From Oxalobacteraceae bacterium (GTDB lineage Bacteria; Pseudomonadota; Gammaproteobacteria; Burkholderiales; Burkholderiaceae_D): a stretch of 64,000 nucleotides of DNA. The stretch covers positions 3,007 through 67,006 of the forward strand of contig JAIXXN010000062.1 in assembly GCA_027490725.1 (NCBI GenBank), read 5' to 3'. Below are positions 55,471-64,000 of this stretch, in pieces. Made by a program: the position numbers and the translations under genes. The notes beneath the pieces are model-generated. The model saw only the letters and a program-made list of their open reading frames with translations, made no database searches and was not told where the DNA came from. Positions within the stretch are counted from its first letter, which is position 1. Each line of letters opens with the position of its first letter.

Positions 55471-58440
55471 ATGAAACGCATGTTGTTTAATGCTACGCAG
55501 CAAGAAGAGCTGCGCGTAGCCATCGTCGACGGTCAGAAGCTGATCGATATCGACATCGAAACGGCCGGTCGCGAACAGCGCAAGTCGAACATCTACAAAG
55601 GCGTGATCACCCGTATCGAACCGTCGCTCGAAGCTTGCTTCGTTAGCTACGGCGAAGATCGCCACGGTTTCCTGCCATTCAAAGAAGTTGCACGCACTTA
55701 CTTCCGTGAAGGCGTGGACGTACGCAATGCCTCCGTCAAGGAAGCGCTGCGCGAAGGCCAGGAAATCATGGTCCAGGTGGAAAAGGAAGAGCGCGGCAAC
55801 AAAGGCGCGGCCCTGACCTCCTTCGTCTCGCTGGCCGGTCGCTATCTGGTGCTGATGCCGAACAACCCGCGCGGTGGTGGTGTTTCCCGCCGTGTCGAAG
55901 GCGAAGAGCGTCAGGAACTGCGCGAAACCATGGATAAACTGGACTTGCCAGCAGGCATGTCCGTAATCGCCCGCACCGCCGGCATCGGCCGCAACGTCGA
56001 TGAACTGCAGTGGGACTTGAACTACCTGATGCAACTCTGGCGTGCTATCGAAGGCGCTGGCAAATCGGCTTCCGGTGCCTTCCTGATCTATCAGGAATCG
56101 TCGCTGGTGATCCGCGCGATCCGTGATTACTTCCAGCCGGATATCGGCGAGATCCTGATCGATACCGACGAGATCTACGAGCAAGCACATCAGTTCATGA
56201 GCCACGTGATGCCCGACATGGTGCACCGTGTCAAGCGCTACCGCGACGACGTGCCACTGTTCTCGCGCTTCCAGATCGAACACCAGATCGAAACGGCCTA
56301 CTCGCGTACCGTACCGCTGCCATCGGGCGGCGCCATCGTGATCGACCACACCGAAGCACTGGTGTCGGTGGACGTCAACTCGGCCCGTGCTACCCGCGGC
56401 TCCGACATTGAAACGACCGCCTTTAACACCAACTGCGAAGCGGCCGAAGAAGTGGCTCGCCAGCTGCGCCTGCGTGACCTGGGCGGCCTGATCGTGATCG
56501 ACTTCATCGACATGGAAGTGGCCAAGAACCAGCGCGAAGTGGAACAGCGTCTGAAAGACGCACTGCACCACGATCGTGCCCGTGTACAAATGGGCAAGAT
56601 TTCCCGCTTTGGTCTGATGGAACTGTCGCGTCAGCGTCTGCGTCCTTCCCTGTCCGAAGGTTCGCACGTGACCTGCCCGCGCTGCTCCGGCACCGGCCAC
56701 ATCCGCGATACCGAATCGTCCGCTCTGCAAGTGCTGCGGATTATTCAGGAAGAAGCGATGAAGGAAAATTCCGCCACCATCCACGTGCAAGTACCAGTGG
56801 ACGTTGCGGCCTTCCTGCTGAACGAAAAACGCGGCGAAGTCCTGAAGATCGAGACGCGTCACCGCATCACCATCATTCTGGTGCCGAACAAGCATCTGGA
56901 AACCCCGCACTACAAGCTGGAACGCATCAAGCACGACGATCCGCGCCTGGAAGATCATCAGGCCAGCTACAACCTGGCCGAGCAGGCAGAAACCGACATG
57001 GCCTACAGCAAGCGCCAGAAGGAAGAAGCCAAGCCGCGTCAGGAAGCCGTCGTCAAGACCATTACGCCGGATCAGCCAGCACCGCTGGTCGAGCGTAAAG
57101 CCAGCGAAACCGTCATCAAACCGGCACCAGCACCGACTCCGGCCGCGCCACAGAAAGGCTTCTTCGCCCGCCTGTTCAGCTTCCTGAGCCCTGAGCCTAG
57201 CCCGGCAGCACTGCCACAGCAGCCAACCATCGTGGTCAAAGCACCGGCCGGTGATCGTGGCGAACGCAACGGCCGTGGCCCGCGTGGCCGCAACCGCAAC
57301 GGTAAATCCGCTGGCCGTGGCGAGCGCGAAGAGTCCGCGCGTCCGGGTAATGACGAAGCCAAAGCCGATAACAACGGCCGTCCGGCCCGTCCTCCGCGCC
57401 CACCGCGCGAGCCGCGTGAACCACGCGAAGGCCAGAACGCTGATGCCCCGGCACCACGCGAGCGCGCCGAGCGTCCACCACGTCCACCCCGTGAACCACG
57501 TGGCGAGAAGGCAACGCCGGAAGTAAAAGCGGAAGAACTGGCACTCAACCTGACCGCGCCTCAGAATGGCCCGGCGACCGACGCCGCTGCCGTCATCCTG
57601 AAAACCGCACCGCAAAACGGTCCGGAAGGCGATGAAACCGAAGTAGGTGCCGATGGCGAAGAGCCACGTCGTCGCCGCCGTCGCGGTGGCCGCAACCGTA
57701 ACCGTCGCGATCGTGATGGTTCGGAAGGTCAGGAAGCCGTTGCCGGTGAAGCTGGCGAAGCAGTTGAAGCCGGTGAGCAAGGCACGCTGAAGTTCACCGT
57801 CGCCCCGGCCGAAACCAGCCCGGCACCAATCGCCGTCGAGGTAAGCGCCGCTGCTGAAACCGTGGCAGCCGTTGCCCCGGTCGTCGTGGCAGAAGCAGCA
57901 CCGGCAGCACCTGCGCCGGCAGCAGTGGTTGCGGAAGTCCTTGCTGCGCCAGTGGTAGCGCCACTTGAGCCAGTGATCACTGCACCCGTGGCAGCACCTG
58001 CCCCGGTCGTCGAAGTCGCTGTAGCAGCAGTAGCTGAAGCACCGGCAGTCGTCGAAGCGCCAGTCGTAGCCGAAGTCAGCGCACCAGTACAGCCAGCGGC
58101 TGCGGCCCCTGCGCCGGCTCCGGTGGTAGAAGCTGCGCCAGCTCCAGCGCCGGTGGTAGAAGCTGCGCCAGCGCCAGTCGCTGAAGTAGCACCAGTGGTA
58201 GCCGCTGCACCTGCTCCTGCTCCTGCACCTGCTCCTGCTCCTGCTCCTGCTCCTGCAGCTGACCTGCAAACCCTGCTGGGTTCCGCCGGTCTGACACTGG
58301 CGGCGACCGACCCTGCCAAACTGCGCGCTGCGCAGGAAGCCGCAGCCAAAGTCGCGGCACCGGTACGCGTTCCCCGTGAGCGTAAGCCATTGCCACCGCA
58401 AGCTGACGAACCGCTGATTCAGGTGGACACCCGCCGCTAA
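55471..58440 (+). CDS. rne: Ribonuclease E
   Basis: MKRMLFNATQQEELRVAIVDGQKLIDIDIE... has S1, DNase-I-like and Zn-link (CPRCSGTG) catalytic-half motifs. The C-terminal scaffold half is Arg-rich and Ala/Pro/Val-rich. Confidence 0.97.
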   Translation: MKRMLFNATQQEELRVAIVDGQKLIDIDIETAGREQRKSNIYKGVITRIEPSLEACFVSYGEDRHGFLPFKEVARTYFREGVDVRNASVKEALREGQEIMVQVEKEERGNKGAALTSFVSLAGRYLVLMPNNPRGGGVSRRVEGEERQELRETMDKLDLPAGMSVIARTAGIGRNVDELQWDLNYLMQLWRAIEGAGKSASGAFLIYQESSLVIRAIRDYFQPDIGEILIDTDEIYEQAHQFMSHVMPDMVHRVKRYRDDVPLFSRFQIEHQIETAYSRTVPLPSGGAIVIDHTEALVSVDVNSARATRGSDIETTAFNTNCEAAEEVARQLRLRDLGGLIVIDFIDMEVAKNQREVEQRLKDALHHDRARVQMGKISRFGLMELSRQRLRPSLSEGSHVTCPRCSGTGHIRDTESSALQVLRIIQEEAMKENSATIHVQVPVDVAAFLLNEKRGEVLKIETRHRITIILVPNKHLETPHYKLERIKHDDPRLEDHQASYNLAEQAETDMAYSKRQKEEAKPRQEAVVKTITPDQPAPLVERKASETVIKPAPAPTPAAPQKGFFARLFSFLSPEPSPAALPQQPTIVVKAPAGDRGERNGRGPRGRNRNGKSAGRGEREESARPGNDEAKADNNGRPARPPRPPREPREPREGQNADAPAPRERAERPPRPPREPRGEKATPEVKAEELALNLTAPQNGPATDAAAVILKTAPQNGPEGDETEVGADGEEPRRRRRRGGRNRNRRDRDGSEGQEAVAGEAGEAVEAGEQGTLKFTVAPAETSPAPIAVEVSAAAETVAAVAPVVVAEAAPAAPAPAAVVAEVLAAPVVAPLEPVITAPVAAPAPVVEVAVAAVAEAPAVVEAPVVAEVSAPVQPAAAAPAPAPVVEAAPAPAPVVEAAPAPVAEVAPVVAAAPAPAPAPAPAPAPAPAADLQTLLGSAGLTLAATDPAKLRAAQEAAAKVAAPVRVPRERKPLPPQADEPLIQVDTRR

Positions 58441-58462
58441 GCCGGTAGCGTCATCCACCAGC

Positions 58463-58493
58463 AAAAAGGGAAGCCGCGTGCTTCCCTTTTTTT
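58463..58493 (+). terminator. Rho-independent terminator after rne
   Basis: A5, stem GGGAAGC (58468-74) / GCTTCCC (58480-86), then T7. Confidence 0.85.
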
Positions 58494-58587
58494 CGTCTGA
58501 GCGGGCCGGATCGAAGCGGCTTCTAGCCGCGCAAATTGCGCCAACGTGCTATCGTAGCGGCTCGCAGTTCTCTAACGACAGACAACC

Positions 58588-59697
58588 ATGGCCGAGAAAA
58601 TCATCATGCTGGCGCCGCAGCGCCACGCCACGCCAGCCATTCCAGCGCAAGCAGAAAGCCCCACCGGATTGCTGGCCGACCAGCGCGGTCGCCCCCTGCG
58701 CGATCTGCGCATTTCCGTCACCGACCGCTGTAACTTCCGCTGCGTGTACTGCATGCCGAAGGCGATCTTCAACAGCGATTACCAGTACCTGCCGCACAAA
58801 GCCCTGCTTTCGTTCGAGGAAATCACCCGCCTGACGCAGATCTTCGTCGCGCATGGCGTGGAAAAAATCCGCCTGACCGGTGGCGAGCCGCTACTGCGCA
58901 AGGATCTGGAAAAGCTGATCGCCATGCTGGCGCCATTGAAAACAGTCAGCGGTCAGCCACTCGACCTGACGCTGACCACCAATGCCTCGCTGCTGGCGCG
59001 TAAAGCGCAAGCGCTCAAGGACGCCGGTCTGCAACGCGTCACCGTCTCGCTTGACGCGCTGGATAACACCACCTTCCGGCGCATGAACGATGTCGACTTC
59101 AATGTCAGCGATGTCCTGCAAGGCATCGAAGCGGCACATCGGGCAGGACTGGGACCGATCAAGATCAACATGGTCGTCAAGGCCGGCATGAATGATCACG
59201 AAATCCTGCCGATGGCGCGCTATTTCCGGAACACCCCGTTTATCCTGCGCTTCATCGAATACATGGACGTGGGCAGCTCGAATGGCTGGAAAATGGATGA
59301 AGTCATACCGTCCGCCGAGATCGTGCAGCGCATCCACGCCGAACTGCCGCTGGAAGCGCTCGAAGCCAACTACAGCGGCGAGACTGCGACCCGCTGGCGC
59401 TATCGCGATGGCGGCGGCGAGATCGGCCTGATCTCCAGCGTCACGCAAGCCTTCTGCGGCGATTGCACGCGCGCACGCCTGTCGACCGAAGGCCAGCTGT
59501 ACACCTGTTTATTCGCCAGCAGCGGCCACGACCTGCGCAGTCTGCTGCGCGCAGGTCACAGCGATGCCGACCTCAGTGCCGCGCTGGGCCAGCTGTGGCG
59601 CGCTCGCGGCGATCGCTATTCCGAACTGCGCACGCAGCACACGGCGCTGCCCCGCGCAGCGATGGGCAAAGTCGAAATGTCCTACATCGGAGGTTAA
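58588..59697 (+). CDS. moaA: GTP 3',8-cyclase MoaA (radical SAM)
   Basis: ..[18 protein letters not shown].. CxxxCxxC cluster and the C-terminal ..[21 protein letters not shown].. second cluster. Confidence 0.95.
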   Translation: MAEKIIMLAPQRHATPAIPAQAESPTGLLADQRGRPLRDLRISVTDRCNFRCVYCMPKAIFNSDYQYLPHKALLSFEEITRLTQIFVAHGVEKIRLTGGEPLLRKDLEKLIAMLAPLKTVSGQPLDLTLTTNASLLARKAQALKDAGLQRVTVSLDALDNTTFRRMNDVDFNVSDVLQGIEAAHRAGLGPIKINMVVKAGMNDHEILPMARYFRNTPFILRFIEYMDVGSSNGWKMDEVIPSAEIVQRIHAELPLEALEANYSGETATRWRYRDGGGEIGLISSVTQAFCGDCTRARLSTEGQLYTCLFASSGHDLRSLLRAGHSDADLSAALGQLWRARGDRYSELRTQHTALPRAAMGKVEMSYIGG

Positions 59698-59698
59698 T

Positions 59699-61630
59699 TT
59701 GTCTTTCAAGAGCAAGATCACCGGCCTGATACTGGCGGGCGGCCGTGCTACCCGCATGGGTAGCGTGGACAAGGGCTTGCAGCCTTTCCGTGGCAGCACG
59801 CTGGTGCAGCATGTGCTGCAGCGACTGGCACCTCAGGTCAGCTCGGTGGCGATTAACGCCAACCGCAATCTGCCCCGCTACCAGCAACTGGCCGGTAGTA
59901 TTCCGGTTCTGCCGGACTGGCTCGATGGTTTCGAAGGCCCGCTGGCCGGCCTGCAAATCGGCCTGCAATTCTGCCCGACCGAACTACTGCTAACCGTGCC
60001 CTGTGATTCACCGCTGCTGCCGGCAGACCTGGCTGAGCGCCTGCACGCCGCGCTGGTAGCGCAAGATGCCGATGTCGCACTGGCTGTCACCATGCGCCAG
60101 CGCGACAGTGAGTCTGCCGCGCGGCCCCAATCGCATCCCGTATTCGCGCTGCTGAAAGCCAGCCTGCTGCCGCAACTGGAAGACTATCTGGCCAGCGGCG
60201 AGCGACGGATGGAACGCTGGTACAAATCGCTGCGCGTGGCAGAGGTACTGTTCGAGCAGGACGACGCCTTCAGCAATATCAATACCCTGGCAGAATTGCA
60301 GGCGCTGGAACAGCCGGCCACACCGGCCATCGCTGCAATGCCCTCCGCCGCCAGCCGCACCGTATCGGTGCCGGGCGACGCTGCCGGCTTGCACGTGACA
60401 GCAGCACAGCGCCTGATTGCTGAGCAGATCACGCCACTCGATGCCAGTGCCAGTAACAGCGTTACCGTGAGCCTGCACGCTGCACTGGACCGGGTGCTGG
60501 CCGCCGACATCATCTCGCCCATCAATGTACCGGCATACGACAATTCGGCCATGGACGGCTACGCCCTACATGGCGCCGATCTGCCGACACCGGCCGATAC
60601 CTGTGTCACGCTGGAAGTGATCGGCGTCGCTTATGCGGGACGGCCTTGCACCCTGACGCCGCAAGCGGGGCAATGCGTACGCATCATGACGGGTGCCGCC
60701 ATGCCGGCCGGCTGCGACAGTGTGCTACCCCAGGAACTGGCCAGCGCCATTACTGATACCCGGGTCACCATCGCGCACGGCGCCATCACGCCCGGTGCCA
60801 ATCGGCGCTTTGCCGGCGAAGACCTGCAAGCGGGCAGCGTCGCACTGGCACGCGGCAAGCTGTTGCGCCCGGCCGATCTGGGACTGATTGCCTCGCTGGG
60901 GATTGCCGAAGTGCGGGTGCAGCGCAAACTGCGGGTGGCCTTCTTCTCGACCGGTGACGAGTTACGTGCGCCGGGACAGGCACTCGAACAGGGCTGCATT
61001 TATGACAGCAACCGCTACACCGTGTTCGGCATGCTGACGCGGTTAGGCTGCGAAGTGATCGATCTGGGCATCGTGCGCGATGATCCAGCCGCACTCGATG
61101 CCGCACTGCGCAGCGCCTGTCAGCAGGCTGACGCCATCATCACGTCTGGTGGTGTCTCCGAGGGCGCCGCCGATTACACGCGCGATATTCTCGCCAGTCT
61201 GGGACAGCTGTCGTTCTGGAAGCTGGCCATGCGGCCGGGTCGTCCGCTCGCCTTCGGCCAGATCCGCGATGGTAGCGACAGCGCCTGGCTGTTCGGACTG
61301 CCGGGCAATCCGGTCGCCGTGGTGATCTCGTTCTATCTGTTCGCGCGCCCGGCCTTGCTGGCCATGATGGGCTGCACTACCAGCCTACCCACCCTGCAGG
61401 CGAGAACCCAGATGGCAATCCGCAAACGCCCGGGACGCACCGAATACCAGCGCGGCATCATCAGCCGTGGCGCGGATGGCCAGCCGCAAGTGCGCCTGAC
61501 CGGCGCACAAGGGTCAGGCATCCTGCGCTCTGTGACGGAAGCCAACTGCATCGTGGTACTGGCGCATGAACAGGCCAGCGTTGCAGAAGGCGATATGGTG
61601 GAAGTGCTGCCGCTGGAAGGACTGATCTAA
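59699..61630 (+). CDS. Fused MobA (Mo-cofactor guanylyltransferase) and MoeA (molybdopterin molybdotransferase)
   Basis: TTG at 59699 lies 5 nt after GGAGG and 1 nt after the moaA stop. The N-terminal ~200 aa are MobA (..ITGLILAGGRATRMG..DKGL..). After a ~40 aa linker comes MoeA (..PAYDNSAMDGYAL.., ..SGGVSEGAADY.., ..LPGNPVA..). There is no stop between the domains. Confidence 0.85.
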   Translation: MSFKSKITGLILAGGRATRMGSVDKGLQPFRGSTLVQHVLQRLAPQVSSVAINANRNLPRYQQLAGSIPVLPDWLDGFEGPLAGLQIGLQFCPTELLLTVPCDSPLLPADLAERLHAALVAQDADVALAVTMRQRDSESAARPQSHPVFALLKASLLPQLEDYLASGERRMERWYKSLRVAEVLFEQDDAFSNINTLAELQALEQPATPAIAAMPSAASRTVSVPGDAAGLHVTAAQRLIAEQITPLDASASNSVTVSLHAALDRVLAADIISPINVPAYDNSAMDGYALHGADLPTPADTCVTLEVIGVAYAGRPCTLTPQAGQCVRIMTGAAMPAGCDSVLPQELASAITDTRVTIAHGAITPGANRRFAGEDLQAGSVALARGKLLRPADLGLIASLGIAEVRVQRKLRVAFFSTGDELRAPGQALEQGCIYDSNRYTVFGMLTRLGCEVIDLGIVRDDPAALDAALRSACQQADAIITSGGVSEGAADYTRDILASLGQLSFWKLAMRPGRPLAFGQIRDGSDSAWLFGLPGNPVAVVISFYLFARPALLAMMGCTTSLPTLQARTQMAIRKRPGRTEYQRGIISRGADGQPQVRLTGAQGSGILRSVTEANCIVVLAHEQASVAEGDMVEVLPLEGLI

Positions 61631-61668
61631 GCTGGCCTGCGGCGCAGGCTAGTCCGGTCTAGACCAGA

Positions 61669-62994
61669 CTATTCAGCGTCACTCTCGCCCGGCTCGGGGT
61701 GCGCACCCAGCAGCAATTGCGCATCTTCGCTCGGCAAGGCTTCCACCGATTTCAGTTTGCGCGACATCTGACGGCTACGGGTCTCGGCCGACTCGATATT
61801 CTTGGCTGCGCGTTCCAGCGACAGCCGGGTTGCGGACAGCACGTCACCGAATTTACCGAACTCCGTTTTGACCGCCCCCAGCACCTGCCACACTTCCGAG
61901 GAACGGCGCTCCAGCGCCAGCGTACGGAAGCCCATCTGCAAACTATTCAGCAGCGCCGACAGCGTCGACGGTCCGGCGATACTGACCCGGTGCACCCGCT
62001 GCAAATCGTCGGCCAGCCCGGGACGCCGCATCACTTCCGCATACAGCCCTTCGGTCGGCAGGAACAGAATCGCAAAGTCCGTGGTCTGAGGTGGCGCCAG
62101 ATATTTCTCCGCAATAGTCTTCGCCTCCAGCCGCACCGCGCGTTCCAGTTCGCGACCAGCCGTGGCCACGCCCTCCGCATCGGCACGTTCGGCCGCATCG
62201 ACCAGACGCTCATACTGCTCTTTCGGGAACTTGGCATCGATCGGCATCCAGACCGGCACCGCGCCATCGGTCGGACCGGGCAGCCTGAGGGCAAACTCGA
62301 CGCGCGCACCGCTACCGGCGATGGTCTCGACATTGCGCGCATACTGCTCCGGCGTTAGCACCTGTTCGAGCAGCATCTCCAGTTGCACCTCGCCCCATGT
62401 GCCGCGCGTTTTGACGTTGGTTAGCACCCGTTTCAGGTCGCCCACTCCGATCGCCAGCTGCTGCATTTCACCGAGTCCCTGATGCACGCGCTCGAGCCGT
62501 TCCGAGACCTGCTGGAACGACGCACTCAGACGCGCCTCCAGCGTGGCATGCAGTTTCTCGTCCACCGTCTTGCGCATTTCTTCCAGTCGCGCGCCGTTAT
62601 CCGTTTGCAGATCGCGGATCTTCGCTTCCAGCGTGGCGCGCACTTCCTGCATGCGCGCCGCATTCGATTCGGTGAGCCGCGCCAGCGTCTGATTCATACT
62701 ATCGGCAAACAGCTTCAGATTACGACTCTGCTCTTCGCGTCCCACCATGCCCTGCGCTTCCAGCTGCCGGCGCATGGCTTCGAACTGCTGCACCGTCGCG
62801 CCGTGCGTGGCCTGCGCCGTCGCCTGCAACTGCAGCCGCACTTCCCGCTCGACCCGTTCGATGCGTTCGGCAATAGCGCCGTCCTCGGCACCACGCGCCC
62901 CGCCCGCACCACGGTTCTGCAACAAGGCCAGTACCTGCAGCACCAGCACAATCGCCAGCACCAGTAACAGCACCCAAAATTCACTCTGGCTCAT
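61669..62994 (-). CDS. rmuC: DNA recombination protein RmuC
   Basis: 441 aa with an N-terminal TM, a long coiled-coil half and an RmuC-type C-terminal domain (..GTWGEVQLEMLLEQVL.., ..DFAILFLPTEGLYAE..). Confidence 0.85.
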   Translation of the reverse strand: MSQSEFWVLLLVLAIVLVLQVLALLQNRGAGGARGAEDGAIAERIERVEREVRLQLQATAQATHGATVQQFEAMRRQLEAQGMVGREEQSRNLKLFADSMNQTLARLTESNAARMQEVRATLEAKIRDLQTDNGARLEEMRKTVDEKLHATLEARLSASFQQVSERLERVHQGLGEMQQLAIGVGDLKRVLTNVKTRGTWGEVQLEMLLEQVLTPEQYARNVETIAGSGARVEFALRLPGPTDGAVPVWMPIDAKFPKEQYERLVDAAERADAEGVATAGRELERAVRLEAKTIAEKYLAPPQTTDFAILFLPTEGLYAEVMRRPGLADDLQRVHRVSIAGPSTLSALLNSLQMGFRTLALERRSSEVWQVLGAVKTEFGKFGDVLSATRLSLERAAKNIESAETRSRQMSRKLKSVEALPSEDAQLLLGAHPEPGESDAE

Positions 62995-62998
62995 GGCA

Positions 62999-63397
62999 TC
63001 AATCCGGCTTGTTACGCATCCAGTCGGCAGTCTGATAGAACGACTCCATCAAGCGCAAGCGCAAGGCCTCGTCGATACCGACCTCTTCCATCGCCCACGC
63101 CATCGCCTGCAGCCACTGGTCACGCTCCTGCGTGCCAATCGCGAACGGCATATGGCGCATCCGCAAGCGCGGATGACCGTGCGCCTGCACATACAGATCC
63201 GGACCGCCCATCCAGCCACTTAAAAACATGAACAGACGTTCGCGCGCATTGTCGAGCGAGGGGCCGTGCGCAGCGCGCAGCAGGGCAAACTGCGGCTCCA
63301 GTTCCATCAGGTCATAAAACCGGTCGACCATGTCACGCACCACGGCGGCGCCACCAATTACTTCGTAGAGAGTTCGGGATTCAGTCATAGCCACCAT
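62999..63397 (-). CDS. Group II truncated hemoglobin (GlbO/YjbI-like)
   Basis: ..TLYEVIGGAAVVRDMVDRFYDLM.. and ..RHMPFAIGTQERDQWLQAM.. are typical trHb-II motifs. The start may be 63388 instead. Confidence 0.8.
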   Translation of the reverse strand: MVAMTESRTLYEVIGGAAVVRDMVDRFYDLMELEPQFALLRAAHGPSLDNARERLFMFLSGWMGGPDLYVQAHGHPRLRMRHMPFAIGTQERDQWLQAMAWAMEEVGIDEALRLRLMESFYQTADWMRNKPD

Positions 63398-64000
63398 GAT
63401 AACGCACCACGCGCGGCTGCGACACGCTCACTTGCGAACGACGCTGCAGGCGCCGCGTCGATGACCAGTTCTGCCAGTCCAGTTCCTCGCGCAGCGCCGC
63501 GCAAGCTTGCACGATCTGCTCCAGCTGCGCAGCCGTCAGACCCGAATTGAGCGTCAGTCTGACCAGCGAACGGTTCTTGGCGGTGGCCGGTGCACAGAAC
63601 ATCGCGCCATACACACCGTGCCGTTCCAGCACCTTGCGCAGCGCCAGCGTGTGCGGTTCCTGCCCCGCTTCCAGCGCAATAGTCTGCTCGCTGCCGTCGC
63701 TGACATTAAACCCCAGCGCCGTCAGGTGGCTGCGCACGTCGCGGCTGTGCTGATGTAGTGCCGCGCGTCGTCCATCGGCCTGCTTGATGAATTCCAGCGC
63801 CGCGGCAAACCACGCCAGTTCATGGCGCAGCAGACAGGAACTGAAAATCGCCGGACGCGACTCGGACAGGTAATAGCCCTTGAAATGGCTGGAACAACTG
63901 ATGAACCCGGCACGCCCGGCAAAGGCCTTGGCCAGCGACGCGGTGCGAAAGTGCACCCGCTCGCTCAAACCCAGCGCCGCTGTCAGGCCCGCGCCCTGTG
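63381..64000 (-). CDS. CqsA/LqsA/JqsA-like PLP-dependent autoinducer synthase (AONS-family acyltransferase), partial, runs off right edge
   Basis: The frame stays open to the window end (..QGAGLTAALGLSERVHF..), so the ORF-track TTG start is an artefact. PLP-Lys context TASLAKAF. ..PAIFSS.. and ..MFCAPATAKNRSLVRLTLN.. match my recollection of V. cholerae CqsA. The generic AONS-family call is safer than the CqsA-specific one. Confidence 0.55.
   Translation of the reverse strand, partial: QGAGLTAALGLSERVHFRTASLAKAFAGRAGFISCSSHFKGYYLSESRPAIFSSCLLRHELAWFAAALEFIKQADGRRAALHQHSRDVRSHLTALGFNVSDGSEQTIALEAGQEPHTLALRKVLERHGVYGAMFCAPATAKNRSLVRLTLNSGLTAAQLEQIVQACAALREELDWQNWSSTRRLQRRSQVSVSQPRVVRYHGGYD

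Noticed and set aside
904-58464. Long shadow ORFs opposite or out of frame with well-supported genes (904-2256 minus, 32450-34201 plus, 35940-37586 plus, 44072-45469 plus, 45857-48058 plus, 55462-58464 minus, 17296-18171 plus, and others).
   Set aside because: These are typical GC-rich-genome antisense or alternate-frame ORFs with Arg/Gly/His/Ala-rich nonsense composition. Each is fully covered by a gene with unmistakable family motifs (fliD, flgI/H, flgF/E, flhF, flhA/B, rne, fliP).

Overview
GC-rich proteobacterial window. The gene content and synteny look betaproteobacterial, most like Oxalobacteraceae (Janthinobacterium, Duganella or Massilia type). That taxon call rests on my recollection of these families, not on a search.

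Positions 1-49092 are one almost uninterrupted flagellar regulon:
- flaG' (partial), then fliDST.
- A translationally coupled trio: second FliK-like protein, FlhB_CC-only protein, ycgR.
- fliE, divergent from fliFGHIJK and fliLMNOPQR.
- On the minus strand: flgLKJIHGFEDCB.
- On the plus strand: flgAMN.
- On the minus strand: flhBA, flhF, flhG, fliA, motCD-type stator.

The single non-flagellar insert is an 8.8 kb gene (19276-28098) between fliR and flgL.
- It encodes a ~2,940 aa protein made almost entirely of octapeptide repeats with consensus L-[ST]-[ST]-D-Q-[IL]-x-A.
- The octads are organised into ~20 higher-order 134 aa superrepeats.
- It ends in a calcium-binding-type module and has no N-terminal signal peptide.
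- A TAG/CTAG-rich tandem repeat follows the stop codon.
- This is my top candidate for something undescribed.

Positions 49210-64000 are housekeeping: FAH-family hydrolase, rsuA-like, S49 peptidase, Rieske protein, HAD hydrolase, rluC divergent from rne (long leader), moaA, a mobA-moeA fusion, rmuC, a truncated globin, and a partial CqsA/JqsA-like autoinducer synthase at the right edge.

I recognised no rRNA, tRNA, CRISPR array, transposase or integrase. Several ORF-track starts are upstream artefacts and were trimmed using RBS spacing, stop/start coupling or promoter position. All family assignments are from motif recognition by eye, not from searches.
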